This document shows, piece by piece, positions 1-12,219 of a DNA stretch of 42,401 nt; positions within the stretch are counted from its first letter, which is position 1; each line of letters opens with the position of its first letter. Position numbers and translations under genes: made by a program. This DNA is from Reclinomonas americana ATCC 50394 (Eukaryota): contig PS015387.1 of assembly GCA_048213135.1 (NCBI GenBank), positions 124,468 to 166,868 of the forward strand, written 5' to 3'. Under the pieces are notes generated by a model. That model did not search any database. It was not told the DNA's origin and saw only the letters and a program-made list of their open reading frames with translations.

Positions 1-1085
1 ACCACCGGCAGCGGGAGCGGGGCGGCAGCAGCTGGAGTGGCCGCAGCAGCACCATCACCGCCTGCAGCTGGGGCGGCAGCAGCAGCGGGAGCGGCCGCAG
101 CACCATCACCACCGGCAGCAGGAGCGGGAGCGGCAGCAGCTGGAGCGGCCGCAGCAGCACCATCACCACCGGCAGCGGGAGCAGGAGCGGCGGGAGCGGC
201 AGGGGCAGCAGGTGCAGCAGGAACGGCACCTGCCTTCTTCGACCGCTTCTGAGGTGCCGACGAAAAGAAAAAAACCGAGAATGAGCTCGAAAGCAACACA
301 GAACGAATACTGAGCAAGCACAGACCGAGCGACGGCGACGGCGCCTCTCACCACCTCGTCTTCGCCGTCTGCGCTTGCGCGGTTTCACCTCCGGATCATC
401 ATTTCGTTTCACCTCATCGTCGCGGCGGCGAGGCACATCGTCACCGGTGACTTCTGCGACAGGCTTCTCATCCGTCTCCTTGACAGTGTCCTCCTCGCGG
501 CGTCGCGTGGTCTCCACAGTGTCTGCATCCTTTGGTGCAGACGTCGACGCAGCCGGCACGTCACGATCCTCCACCGGCACCGACCTGCGACGACGATGTT
601 TCCTCCGCCGCCTGCTCATCTTCCTTCTGCGGACAGCTGGTGCCTCATCACCGTCCAGACTTCTGGCGTGCTCAGTAATGTCGCGCCACCACATGCGCCG
701 ACCCGAGTCAGGCGGCACAGGCTCACTCGCCCACGACTTGCGACGTTGCGCATCATTCACGCGACACACCTCGCCTTTGAATGCCGGCCACACTCCACGA
801 TGCTGTGTGTGTGCGCGCGCGCATGAGAACAACACTTGCCACCCTCGGCACACACTGACACACACTCACTGTCATCGGCAGTGGACCAAGATCGGCATCT
901 GCACACACACACACACAGAGGCAACGAAGTAAGCACAAAGGCTTGGAAAACCACGCAATGTGCGACGACTGACCATAGTACTCAGCCAGCAACTCATCCA
1001 ACTCGTCTTCTCTGCTCGACTCGGCCACCGACACAAAGAGGAACACCAGTAACAACACCAACAAGCACACCACCGACAACCTCAT
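1..1085 (-). CDS. Orphan secreted protein: signal peptide, polybasic Arg-rich blocks, Ala/Pro/Gly repeats (3' end runs off the window)
   Basis: Manual exons 1085-974, 898-870, 802-326, 248-<1, joined by GT-AG introns in frame. N-terminus MRLSVVCLLVLLLVFLFVSVAES is a hydrophobic signal peptide. Contains RRRKMSRRRRKHRRRR and KPRKRRRRRRGGERRRRRRSKRSKK, then repeats of AAGGDGAAAAPAAAAP. Confidence 0.7.
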
Positions 1086-1137
1086 TGCAGGATATCAATT
1101 GTCCTCGTCCGCGCGAGCAGCGAGATATTTGCGACGA

Positions 1138-2000
1138 ATGTCACGCAGAGGGCGGCCTTTGTTGTTGTTGCTCCTGCTGCTTGCGCTCTCATGCGCAGCA
1201 GTGGTAGCACTAGAAGACGATCAGCAAGCTGTACTCGATGGTCACGTTCCTCGGTCTCAATGTGTTTTTCTTGCGTTTTTTTATTGACTTTGTGTTTTAT
1301 TGAGCAGTTGCCGCTGCACCGCTGGCGGGTGAGAGGGATTATGCGGTGGCGATGAAGCGGTTGAAAGAGTCATATGCGCGGGATGAGTTTGAGGCGATGG
1401 AATTGCTGTTGAGCGAGACCGAGTTCAACTTTGGTGGCGGCGATGAGGCGGAGGAGATGTTGGTGGAGGTGGAGAACGAGGAGGATGATTTGCTGCAGGC
1501 GATTGAGGAGGAGCTCAACTCGCTGGATATGACCGAGGTGAGTGTGTGCGCCGTGCGCGCGCTGCGACGACACGATCAGCTCACGAAGGAGAGTGACGCA
1601 GATCTGGGGCCGCAACAATAACAACCAGCAGCAGAACAACCAGCAGCGTGGTGGTCCGCAGGGGCAGCAGCGTGGGCGCGGTCCACCCGGTCAGCAGGGT
1701 CAGCAGGGCCGGTTGACGCAGCAGCAGCTGCTGGATATCATGAACAAGGTGCTGCCGACGCTGCACAAGGAGCTGGGCACGCTGTACCAGATGGCGCCGC
1801 AGAGCAATGGTATGCTGCATTCGCTGTACCGTGAGCTGGACATCATGTATGGCACGAATGGGGCCGGCATGGATGCACTGGGAGCGCAGGGACAACAGCA
1901 ACAGCAGCAACAACGCGGTGGCCGGCAACAACGAGGCGGAGGGCCGCAGCAGCAACAACAAGGCCGCTTCTTTGGAAACCAGCAAGGTGGTCGTCCTTGA
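1138..2000 (+). CDS. Orphan secreted precursor: signal peptide, acidic pro-like region, Q/G/N-rich C-terminal part
   Basis: Exons 1138-1240, 1308-1537, 1602-2000 with in-frame GT-AG introns. MSRRGRPLLLLLLLLALSCAAVVA signal peptide; E/D-rich middle; C-terminal IWGRNNNNQQQ...QGRFFGNQQGGRP*. Confidence 0.75.
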
Positions 2001-2079
2001 GTCGGGCACTGCATGCGCATGAAAGAGAAGGCGTTGTTGTATTCTCTCTGGTTCACACAGCGCACTATACTTCTTCCTC

Positions 2080-3586
2080 TTATGTCGCCGCCGCCGCCAC
2101 GGCGTTGGCCGGCAGCGTCTCCAGATGATGCGCCCATGCACCGCGCAAAAATGCCTCCATCTTTTGTGGCACTTGGTCGACCTCCTTGTAGCCGGGCAAC
2201 GCGTTGATGTCGATCACAAATGCCGTGCCTGTGCCCTTTTCGACAATCACATCAAAGCCAACCAGATCCAGCCCCTGCATTGAGCAAATATATAAATGCG
2301 TTGAGAAGCCTGGTCGACCACTCTCGTGCACATTTGCGGTACCGTTCGTCGACGCATCACGCGCGCTGTGTTGCGCACAACGTCCTCGTCGACGCTTGGC
2401 GCCGTGACACTGCCGTCTGCGCCGAGAGTGAGATCGGCAGCAAAGGGTTTCTGACTCTGGAAAGAAATCGGGTCGTGGGGTTGTTCGGCTGCGTCAACGC
2501 CTGTGAGCACGACAAGCACAAGAAAAAAAAGAAACACATCGCAGGGGCACACGTCGATCACCTGGTATGTCGTCGAGATTCTTCACCGACGCTCTGCGCG
2601 TGATTTCCACCACGTCGCCGATCACGTAGACCTTGAAAACCACCCCGTCGTGGTCGACAAACTGCTGTGTCAGGAACGGGTAATCCCATGACTGCAACTC
2701 GGTGAACAGCTGCGCCTCGTTGAACACAATGGCCATGCGATGTGCGTTCTCCGTCACCGATGCCTCAAGCGCCTTGCACACTGCACACGTGCAAGTCGCG
2801 TGAGCGAGAGGAGAAAACATACGGTGACGAAAAAACATATGCGCACCCACGGGATAGTGAAGCGACAGGCCATCGATTTGAAGTCGGTGGCGAGCATGTT
2901 GAATGCCCTCAAACATGAAATACTCGGGAACGCGCAAGCGATCGTTCCCTGCACACACTCAACGTGAGGAGACGCAGAGGAGCTTTCTCCCACATGCATA
3001 CGCACTCGCTCACCGATCTCGTTGCAAATCGCCTGCAACTCAGCGTACAGAGTCTCTCGGCGAAGAGTGAGCTGCACGCCAGCGAAGCGATTGACGACAA
3101 GCAGTCGTGGATGACGAGCGACGTACGCCTGAAACCACTCGATGAGCCCATAGCAGAGGGAGAGAGAGAGAGAGAGGGTGGGTGGGCGACGCACTTCAAT
3201 CGTGGCCACACGACGCTTGGCCTCGTCCACCCCGAGCGACGACATGACCAGGTCGTCGTTGATTTTGTGAATGAGAATGTCGACCGACGGCAACTGCTCC
3301 ACCGGCAACGACAAGTCCAACATGTGACACGCCATCCCACGCGCAACACTGCCACACGCACGCACGCACACGCACACACACACACACGTGAGACTGCATG
3401 CACAATGCACTCTCTCTCTTCCCGCGCACTCATGTTCACTCAACACATGATCAATCAGAGGCTCAAACAGACGCTGCGACTTGCGCGGTGGCCTGCAGAC
3501 AGTGTGAGAGAAGAGTGTGCACAGAGTCGGTGAACGTGCATCACGCACCCAAACATGCCGAGGCGGAGCACAGCTTCGTGCGACAT
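2080..3586 (-). CDS. ITPK1: Inositol-tetrakisphosphate 1-kinase (ATP-grasp fold), multi-exon
   Basis: Spliced translation gives family motifs: DILIHK, YPVVCKALEAS..HRMAIVFN, QQFVDHDGVVFKVYVIGD, GLDLVGFDVIV, FVIDINALPGY. Confidence 0.92.
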
Positions 3587-3594
3587 TCTGTAAA

Positions 3595-4828
3595 ATGAAT
3601 GGTCGTGTCCTGCATGAAGTCGCGCTCCTTCCACTCCCTCCCTCCTTCCCCGCACGCACAATGCTGCAGTCACTGGCCAAGCTGGAGAGCTTTCTGTCGC
3701 CAAGTCGACTGGAGCGACTACGGCATGCTGCGTACGATGTGAGTACACGTGAGTGTTGAATGGTCGCTGACACGGAAGAGTTGCGCTTGCAGGCCTTTTC
3801 GCAGCGTTGCGGGACGGTGGAGGTGGTGCTGGAGGCGTTGCAGAACGATCAGAATGTCGCTGCGTGGTTCGTGCACCAATGTCCATGGTCGCGACAACAC
3901 CGCCTCATCTCTGTGTTGCATGCATGCGTATGCATGCCAGTCTGCGTACGTGCGACGGCATTGGTGTGCATCGCGTGACGCTGGTGACACCGACAAGTCG
4001 CTTCGCCCGCATCGCCAGTGCCGTGAGCATGGGCAGTTACAAGGTCTCCTGTCTTTCTTGTCACGATCGGCGAGTCCCACAGCTTGCTAAACATCGCGGC
4101 GGCGCAGTGGCTCGACGTGCATCGCGTGGCCACAACCGAGGAGGTGATCGCCGATCTGCAAGCGCGCGGTGTGACACTGTTCACGACGGCGTTGTCGGCG
4201 ACCAGTGTGGTATGCGATGCACTGCTTGAGCGAGCAGGCACAGCGCACTACTCACTCTGTGTCTGTCAGCCCATACACCAAGTTGATTTCAGCGCCGTTC
4301 CGCGTGTGGCGATTGCGTGTTGCGTGCACATCAAATCGCCCCTGTGAATGCTCAACAACGACGTTGACCTTTGTCGTCGCCGCGCAGTTGGTACCGAAAA
4401 CTCTGGCGTGTCGGATACACTGCGGCAGGCGGCCGCCCGAGACATCATTCTGCCGATGCGCGGCATGGTGCAGTCGTACAACGTGTCGGCATCTTGTGCG
4501 TGCATAGCTCTTGCCTGTGGGGAGCGCTGATGCTTTGCCGAGCTCACTCATGCACTCGCTGCACAGGCGCCATGGCTCTCATGGTTCACGCACAATTTGT
4601 CTGTGACCCCTCCGCAATCTTCTCACTGTCCCTTCCCCTTCTGTTTTCCGCAGTATCTCGACAGTGTGGGCAGGTTGCACTTCAATCCGATCGCTGTGCA
4701 GCGGAGAGTGGCGGTTGGGCGTCTTTACTCACGCTCTCTGTCACAGAATACGGCCGGATCTCGCAAGTGTGCTCTCCGATCCCGAACTGCAAGCCCATTG
4801 GAGACGCTGGGTGGAGAGGGCGTGTTAG
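3595..4828 (+). CDS. SpoU/TrmH-family tRNA/rRNA 2'-O-ribose methyltransferase, multi-exon
   Basis: SPOUT motifs after splicing: VVLEALQNDQNVAACLRTCDGIGV, SMGSYKWL, AFGTENSGVS, LPMRGMVQSYNVSASCA. Probable last exons 4654-4673 and 4747-4828. Start may instead be the ATG at 3661. Confidence 0.88.
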
Positions 4829-4909
4829 ATGGTGTGGCGGTGTACAACAAATGACTGCATAATGCAGGGTTGAGTGTACATTTTTTCTTCTCTTCAACCG
4901 GCGAGGCCC

Positions 4910-7900
4910 TCACTCATTGTAGCCCGGAACTAGGTACTGTGGCAGTTCGCGCACACTGGCCACCAAAAAGTCCATCAGATCCTGCTGGATGAGCAACGAC
5001 GTCTCTTTGCTGATGGAGCTCACGAGCTCTTGCTTTTGTGCCGGGGTCAGCTGCGGGGGCGATAGACGAAGCAGGTCAGAATGAGCACAAAGAGCCGCCT
5101 TCCACAAGGTGTCGACAGACCTCGGTGGACTGAGCACCAATCAGCCGCTCTGCACGTTTCCTCAAGTGCTGAATGTCGGGCTGTGTGGAGACGTGCGCCT
5201 CCATCCGAGCTCGGAATTCGGGGAACCGATCGTGATACAGAGCGTACGCCCAGTCTTGTCGGAAGAAGCTGCACGAGGCACAAAAACCCATGTCAGCAGC
5301 GATGCATACCTACTCCCTCCAGCACAGCACGCAACGAGATAAAGTCGTCAATGACACCCTCGTCGAACTGGTCACACAGGTTGTTGATGTACTTTTCGGG
5401 GAGGCCCACCAGCGCCTGCAGGTTCCACACCTCGACCATGTCGCGACCAAAGTACGTGATGCCTTCCACGCGACCGGCTTGCGACGTGTACACTGCGCAG
5501 TAGCGACGCGAGGCCGAGTCCGCACCCGTACATCGCTTCTTGCAGCTAATGGATCCGTGAAGCAAGCCGAGCGAGCCCATGTGGAACAGAATGTGCCCGC
5601 CTGCACAACGAAAGTGAGATCGGAGTGGCAACCAGACACACATGCAACAATCCACTACCAACCAGGCAGTTTGCAGTACAGCGACTTGGGCTTGGTGAAC
5701 ACGGGAATGCTGGAGAACGCAGACCGCTGTCGCTCGTCTTCCTCCTCAATGACGGCATCGGGGTCGAAGATCGGCAGCAGCACCCGCGCCAACTGCCAGA
5801 AGAATTCGTCAGCAAGCGGGACGAGCAACACAAAGGGGCGCGACTGCGCACCTTTTGCCCCACTTCTCGCGCATTGTAGAGCTCGAGGAACTGAGATGGA
5901 CCGTACTGGCGGGAGAATCGTACCAACGGACCAGAGGCAAAGCTGCGTGCGATAGGAAAACACGGCAGGTCACTCACACAGTACTGCACACAGCGACAAC
6001 AAGCAAAGCACCACAAACATTGTGGGATCGGCGGTCTTGAACTCCGGATCCACGACCAGACGACCGTCAAACACAATCGAACTCTGCGTGGCTGCGCGCA
6101 GAATATCTTGATCTCTGTGGCCGGACGCGTGTAACAATAANNNNNNNNNNNNNNNNNNNNNNNNNNNNNNNNNNNNNNNNNNTGACGGCCACTCCTCCTT
6201 GATAAAGTGCCGCAGATTGCGGATTTGGGAGCCACGCACCAAGTTGTACAGGCCACTATCCTGCGCGGTGAACCACACAATCCCCCGGTCATGTGTTGAG
6301 AAGGCAGGAACAATGCAGCTCAATGGAGAAAGAGCAGTGACGAACAGGCAGCCCCTCGATTGTGCGCAAAAAGGTGGGACTGAAGGTGAATTGCAGGCCG
6401 GTGGCCATCACCAGGTAATCGTACGCAATGGAGCCGCCGCGCTGTAGGATGACGCGCTTCTTGTCACGGTCGAGCTTCTGCATCTTGTCCTTGACCACCA
6501 GCATCTTGGAGCCGTCGTGGAAAATGGTGTACCTAACAAGCGCGTTGTCGATCGATCAGCACGTGACATCCAGTCGCACAAGCCGCTGGTACGCAACTCT
6601 TGCATGAGGAACGGATAGCTGCTCGGGAAGAAGCTCTCCTCCGTCAGCGTCGGATACGGTGGCAGCCCTTCGGGTGACAGCAGCGTCACGCCAGTGAACG
6701 CCGAATCGGCAATCTGCAGGCAGCAACAACGACGACAATATACCCATGAGCATGAGCAGCGAATCACTTAAAGACAAGCCGCACATTCCACAATCGACAA
6801 ACCATGAGCAGTGTGTGGATAAACGCCAGTGCAGTGTCCGAGGCACCCACGACAACAATGCGAGCGTGCACCGCCACCTGAGCGGGGGAAGTGAGCCACA
6901 AAGACGCGTACACGCACACATGCACTCCCTCCGGGCACACACACCTTTTCCTCACTCAGCAGACGCTTGTTCACACAGTAGCCGACACTATTCGACGAAT
7001 TCGTATCGACAAAGTCCGTCACCTCCGGGTCCAGCACAAGAGTTCTGTGAACGGCATTTTTTGTGCCAAAACATGAGAAAGTGGAGGTTAATGCACAAGC
7101 AGGCAGCGGAGCACGAAACTGACGACGCGGGGACAAAGCAATGAGCTCCTGCGACATGTGCAACACACGGGTGCCGACTTGCCACTCGTAGTACAGCAGA
7201 GTCTTGTTGAGCACACGCAAAATCTCCTGCTCGACAATGAGAGTATGAGCACGAGAGAGTGACAGTAAGATTACGCAGCGCTGCTCCTCGTACCTTCAGA
7301 ATGAAGCGCGTCTTGAAGTGATACACAGGGTTCACGGTGAGCAGTGGGACCACACACAGCTCGCGGTCCGAGTACAGAGACGTGTCCATGTACTTGGCGG
7401 TGTCGTATCGAGCTTCCCAGTCGTACGCTTTCGTGTCGACGTTGGCCACACACGCACCGACCACCACACCTTGACAGAGCACAATCAGACACTCGTGGGA
7501 CGCCGACGGGCGCGCAATGGTCGACTGGAACATTGAAATGTTTTCGGCCGACTCCTGCGACGACGACGATACCGTGAGTACAATCGCACCCACACGCAGC
7601 AAGCAGTGCGACACCTCAACACAAAAGACGACTCACATGCACTTTCTCGTAGAAAGCGCTCATGAGAGCGGCATCCGCGGAGGTGGCTCGTCGCACACTA
7701 ATCGGGCGCGCAAGTGCGTAGCGGTGGTGCACGAATAGCGCGCTGCCATATAGGCTGCCAGGGTACGCCACGGCGCGGTTGAACTGCTTGAGGAACGGGA
7801 ACTCGGGCGTCGTGTACGGCACCGTCAGCAGCAGGAAGTTGCAGGTGGGGAACAAGTCGTAGGCGGCCGGCAAGAAATCGACAGCACGCGACTCGAAGCC

Positions 7901-9120
7901 CTCGCGCATGCAAAACAGCGAGATGCGGAAAATGTTGTCACGACCGACGGCGGTTTCATCGTGCTGCCGCGCCGCCGGCGCTCGCAGGAAATTGTCGTAC
8001 ACCGACAGGTCAAACGACTGCACCAGATTGGCCAAATCGTCGACGACACACGTCACCGCCAAGATGCCGACAAACTCGCCGTCGCGCTGCGCCACTAATA
8101 CAAAGTGTTCGTCGTCTTGGCTCTCCAACAACGACGCCAGGTAGAGATTGTCGTGTCGCGGTCCCACCACCGGCAAATCCTGGTTGAGCAACGGCAACAA
8201 ATCGTCGTAGTCCTCGACGTAGCCTCGGCGCAGCGTCAGCTTCGGCACAAGCCTCTCGCGATTGCAGCGGTACACCACACAGCGACGCGCATCGGCGCCC
8301 TCACCCAGCTGCAGTTGCGTCAACTGCGTGCGACGGAGAAGAAAAGGAGGAGGAGTAGAGAGAGAATGAGTTCATCTTTGTCTCAGAGCGCAACGCCCCA
8401 TCCACACCCCTCGTACCTCCTCAAAGTATCTGGCCTGCAGGCCCTGGAAAGGCGGCGCGTCGTACACGGACATGATCAGCAGATCGTCGACCAGCGGCAA
8501 CGTCTCAAACACCGACGACAGCACAGTCTGCGTGACTGCATTGCGCCACTCGGGCTCCGCCACCAGGAACGTCAACCACAGCACCGACTCCGCCTGTGAC
8601 CGCAGCGTGAGCGCACGCGCACACACCACAGCGCGTCTGCAGCACATCACAACGCAACATCAAACTCAAAGTCTCGGCACTGTTGTCGCAGTTTGGCCTC
8701 CCACGACACCGAGTCCACTCCACCCGAGTTGACATGCAACTGTGGGTAGTCGTTCAAGCATGCCGCGCCCACCACTCGGCCGTCCTCATTCAACGCCGCC
8801 ACTCCCATGAACGAGTGCTCACTGCACAAACGACAGATCAGTCACAAGATGAGCACAGTCAATCCATTTCCCCCACGCAACATGAGCTGGCCCATGTCTC
8901 TGACAAAGCCGAAGCGTGGCACAAACGCAAAGTCGGACTCGGCCAACAGCGCCACCGCATCGGCGTCGGCCAGCGCCGCACGACGCACAATCACCTCGCC
9001 CTCGACAGCAAACGCTTCATACGAGTCGACGCCACCGCCTCCATCCGCGCTGTCGTCGAATCCACTGTCACCGGCCAGCTCACGCGCAGCCACTTCCTCG
9101 GCCGACAGAAACTCAGCCAT
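4910..9120 (-). CDS. CFAP61: Cilia- and flagella-associated protein 61 (small N gap at 6141-6182 inside the gene)
   Basis: Recognisable segments: LTLRRGYVEDYDDLLPL, NIFRISLFCMREGFESRAVDFLPAAYDLFP, RIVVVGASDTALAFI, YDYLVMATGLQF, RLVVDPEFKTADP, YNAREVG, LVGLPEKYIN, WAYALYHDRF. Ends PGYNE*. Confidence 0.9.
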
Positions 9121-9219
9121 TGTTACGCGCAAAGAAACAACGGAAATGGACAGATTGCGCTGCGCGAGCGCGATTGTGCCTAGCTGCTTTTGCTTCGTAT
9201 CGTTCTTGCTTGTGCTGGC

Positions 9220-10332
9220 ATGGAGTGGCTGGAACGGGCAGCGGATCGCGTCCGAGTTGGTGTTCTGTTTGTGGCGCACGAGGCGTTTGGGTTGAAGCCG
9301 GAGCAGATTCCGCGCGGTGTGGAGACGGGCGTGTTGCTGCTGGCGGGAGCGGGATTGGCGCTGGGAGGGCGGGCCTTGGTGCAGCGAGTTGCGCACGAGG
9401 CACAATCATGGTGTGCGCATTCGGCTCTTGACTGTGGAGTGTGTGTTTTGATGCAGATGAGGCACTTCCGGACGGTGGCGGATTTGCCGCCGGCGGTGTT
9501 CAGCAAGCAGCAGGTGCTGCGGGGCGTGGTGACCAAGGTTCCCGACGGGGACAACTTTCGCATGGTACACACCCCACCACTGTGGTGGTTGCGCAGGCGT
9601 TTGTCTCCCTCGAAAAGCGGGACTGGTGAGTGCGATTGGTGTCTCTTTGTGATCTTCTCATCATCACACACGCGCACCGCAGCCTCCGATTCCACCATGC
9701 ACGTCCGATTGGCGGGTGTGGATGCCCCCGAGCAAGGTTGGTTTGGGAAGGAGGCGCAGCCATTCGGCAAAGAGGCGAGGCAGTGGCTTGAAGGTTTGCG
9801 ATAGTCGACACGATTCTCAAGATCTCTCTCTCACGCTCGCCTCACCCTGGAAACAGACTACCTGTTGAACAAGAGTGTGCACGTTCAGATCCACGCGCGT
9901 GATCAGTACGGGCGGGTGGTGGCTTCTGTGTGGACCCGCAAGGTATCGCTTGAGTCGTCGCAAGTCGCGTTGTGTGACCGCACTGGGCTCACCACCGTCG
10001 GGCTGGCACTTTTTGCAGGGTTGGCTGCGGCGTCTAAAAAACGTGTCGGAAGAGATGGTGAAAGCTGGCCTTGCGTTCACGTACACGTCGGCAGGAGCTG
10101 AGTACGGACCATTTTCGCGAGAGCATTTTGAAAAGTTGGAGAACTCGGCACGACAACAGCGTCGGGGAGTATGGGTGCAGAAGAAGGTATCTGAGTTGCA
10201 TGTGCGCGAGTCAATGGCATCTTGAGTACTCACCACGTGATTGCGTGCGCCCGGCAGGTGGAGCATCCCGCCGACTACAAGAAACGTCTGAAGGAGAGCA
10301 GCCCCGCAAGCAGCAAGCGTGCAGAAGGCTAA
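9220..10332 (+). CDS. Staphylococcal-nuclease (thermonuclease) domain endonuclease, LCL3-like, with N-terminal hydrophobic segment
   Basis: Motifs VTKVPDGDNFRMVHTP, VRLAGVDAPE..FGKEAQPFGKEARQWL, RDQYGRVVA, NVSEEMVKAGLAFTY, ARQQRRGVW, EHPADYKK. Confidence 0.88.
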
Positions 10333-11368
10333 CGCAATACATGTGTGTGGGGTACTTTGACTGCAGCATGAGTGTCGCGGTGGGAGTGAGACGGGGAAGA
10401 AGTCGTCCATTCAACTGCACGCAGCGATGCCGTGCGCGTGGCAAGACAGAGATCTCGAAAAAGACGTCTTATCATACCCACTGTGCCATGATGCAGTTTC
10501 GTGTACGTGTGGGACATAGCAACGCAAAGCTTACAGGCAGGTGACGCGCCAAGAGGGTCATGCGTTGCAAGCGGTGCGTGCGACAGACGTCGCGATCGAG
10601 GAAGTACCGCAAAGCAGTCGCTTGTTCATGTTGTTGGTCTGGCTTGGTGAACGACTTGCTGACTATGATTCAGAGTCGCAAGCAGTGGGCAACGGCGCGT
10701 GCGCGCTAGCACACGTCCACACACTGAAAGCCATCATGCTCCACCGCGCGCGCGCGGTCGCTGCTCTGCGACGTCGATCCGGGTCCGCTCAAGGCTAGCA
10801 ACAACAACNNNNNNNNNNNNNNNNNNNNNNNNNNNNNNNNNNNNNNNNNNNNNNNNNNNNNNNNNNNNNNNNNNNNNNNNNNNNNNNNNNNNNNNNNNNN
10901 NNNNNNNNNNNNNNNNNNNNNNNNNNNNNNNNNNNNNNNNNNNNNNNNNNNNNNNNNNNNNNNNNNNNNNNNNNNNNNNNNNNNNNNNNNNNNNNNNNNN
11001 NNNNNNNNNNNNNNNNNNNNNNNNNNNNNNNNNNNNNNNNNNNNNNNNNNNNNNNNNNNNNNNNNNNNNNNNNNNNNNNNNNNNNNNNNNNNNNNNNNNN
11101 NNNNNNNNNNNNNNNNNNNNNNNNNNNNNNNNNNNNNNNNNNNNNNNNNNNNNNNNNNNNNNNNNNNNNNNNNNNNNNNNNNNNNNNNNNNNNNNNNNNN
11201 NNNNNNNNNNNNNNNNNNNNNNNNNNNNNNNNNNNNNNNNNNNNNNNNNNNNNNNNNNNNNNNNNNNNNNNNNNNNNNNNNNNNNNNNNNNNNNNNNNNN
11301 NNNNNNNNNNNNNNNNNNNNNNNNNNNNNNNNNNNNNNNNNNNNNNNNNNNNNNNNNNNNNNNNNNNN

Positions 11369-11636
11369 GCCGAATTCCACAAAGGAAACGAGAAAGATAG
11401 CAAGAGGTGTTGGTGTCAGAACACATAGGGAAAACCAACAAAGCCAGGCAACATGCAAGTTAGGTGTCAGTTGAGTGGTTGTCGCTGATGATGGTGTTGC
11501 TCACGGGAGTTGTCACTGCCGCCTGTTGATTCTGGCAACGGCACCGCAATGCGCCGACCAGATGTAATGGTCGTGGCGCGCAGCGCAGCTGCACAGTTTC
11601 GACAGCAATTGCAAGCGATCCGTGTCATCACTGCTT
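11369..11636 (-). mobile_element. 3' fragment (end of ORF plus 3' UTR) of an RLE-type non-LTR retrotransposon; continues into the N gap
   Basis: The reverse complement matches 12466-12750 closely, with a few indels. It encodes ...SSDDTDRL(QL)LSKLCSCAARHDHYIWSAHCGAVARINRRQ*. Confidence 0.7.
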
Positions 11637-12219
11637 CGTTTTTTGTTTCCTGTTCTCCCTCGGCCGGTGCTGTGGTCCATCTCTGGTGTGTACATCGGTG
11701 GGTATGCTACGCATACTAGTTGTTAGAGGGCTTGCCCTTGCGCATGCCTTCGATCGCGAATTCGACGCGACAAATGCATTCAAAATTAAACCAATCTCTG
11801 CGATCGAAATTCGAATCCATTTCTAAGCCAGCTCTCTTCTCTTTTCTTGTGATGCATGCCGTGCGGCGATGTTGACGGTTTCGACTAACGCGATTGTCGT
11901 CTTGTTGCCTTAACATGATTTGCGCGCGGGCGGGGGCGTGTTAACTCGCACACGGATTTGACCCCTAGCGTCGTTTTTGCGAACTTGCGTTCTAAGCAAC
12001 AGCGCCCATGCTGAAACATTTTGCGCCACGAAATCCTTTTGAGGCCATCACGCGTTTGATTGGCTTTGTCTCCTGAAAGGGAAGATGTCTGTTGGAGAAG
12101 ATTTATCAATGTGTTGATTATTGTTGGTGTGCCAATAATGGTCATCGTCGGCAAGGGATTTGTGGACATTTGTCGCATTATTGGAATGTGGTGAATGAAG
12201 TGTTTTTCTCCTATAAATT

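Noticed and set aside
870-1621. DADLGP peptide appearing in ORFs of both divergent secreted genes
   Set aside because: In the + gene it spans an intron acceptor in the non-coding frame (the exon reads IWGR); coincidence.
10370-10798. Short protein-like frames between the nuclease gene and the gap
   Set aside because: No recognisable motif and no consistent exon chain on either strand; a gene cannot be supported.
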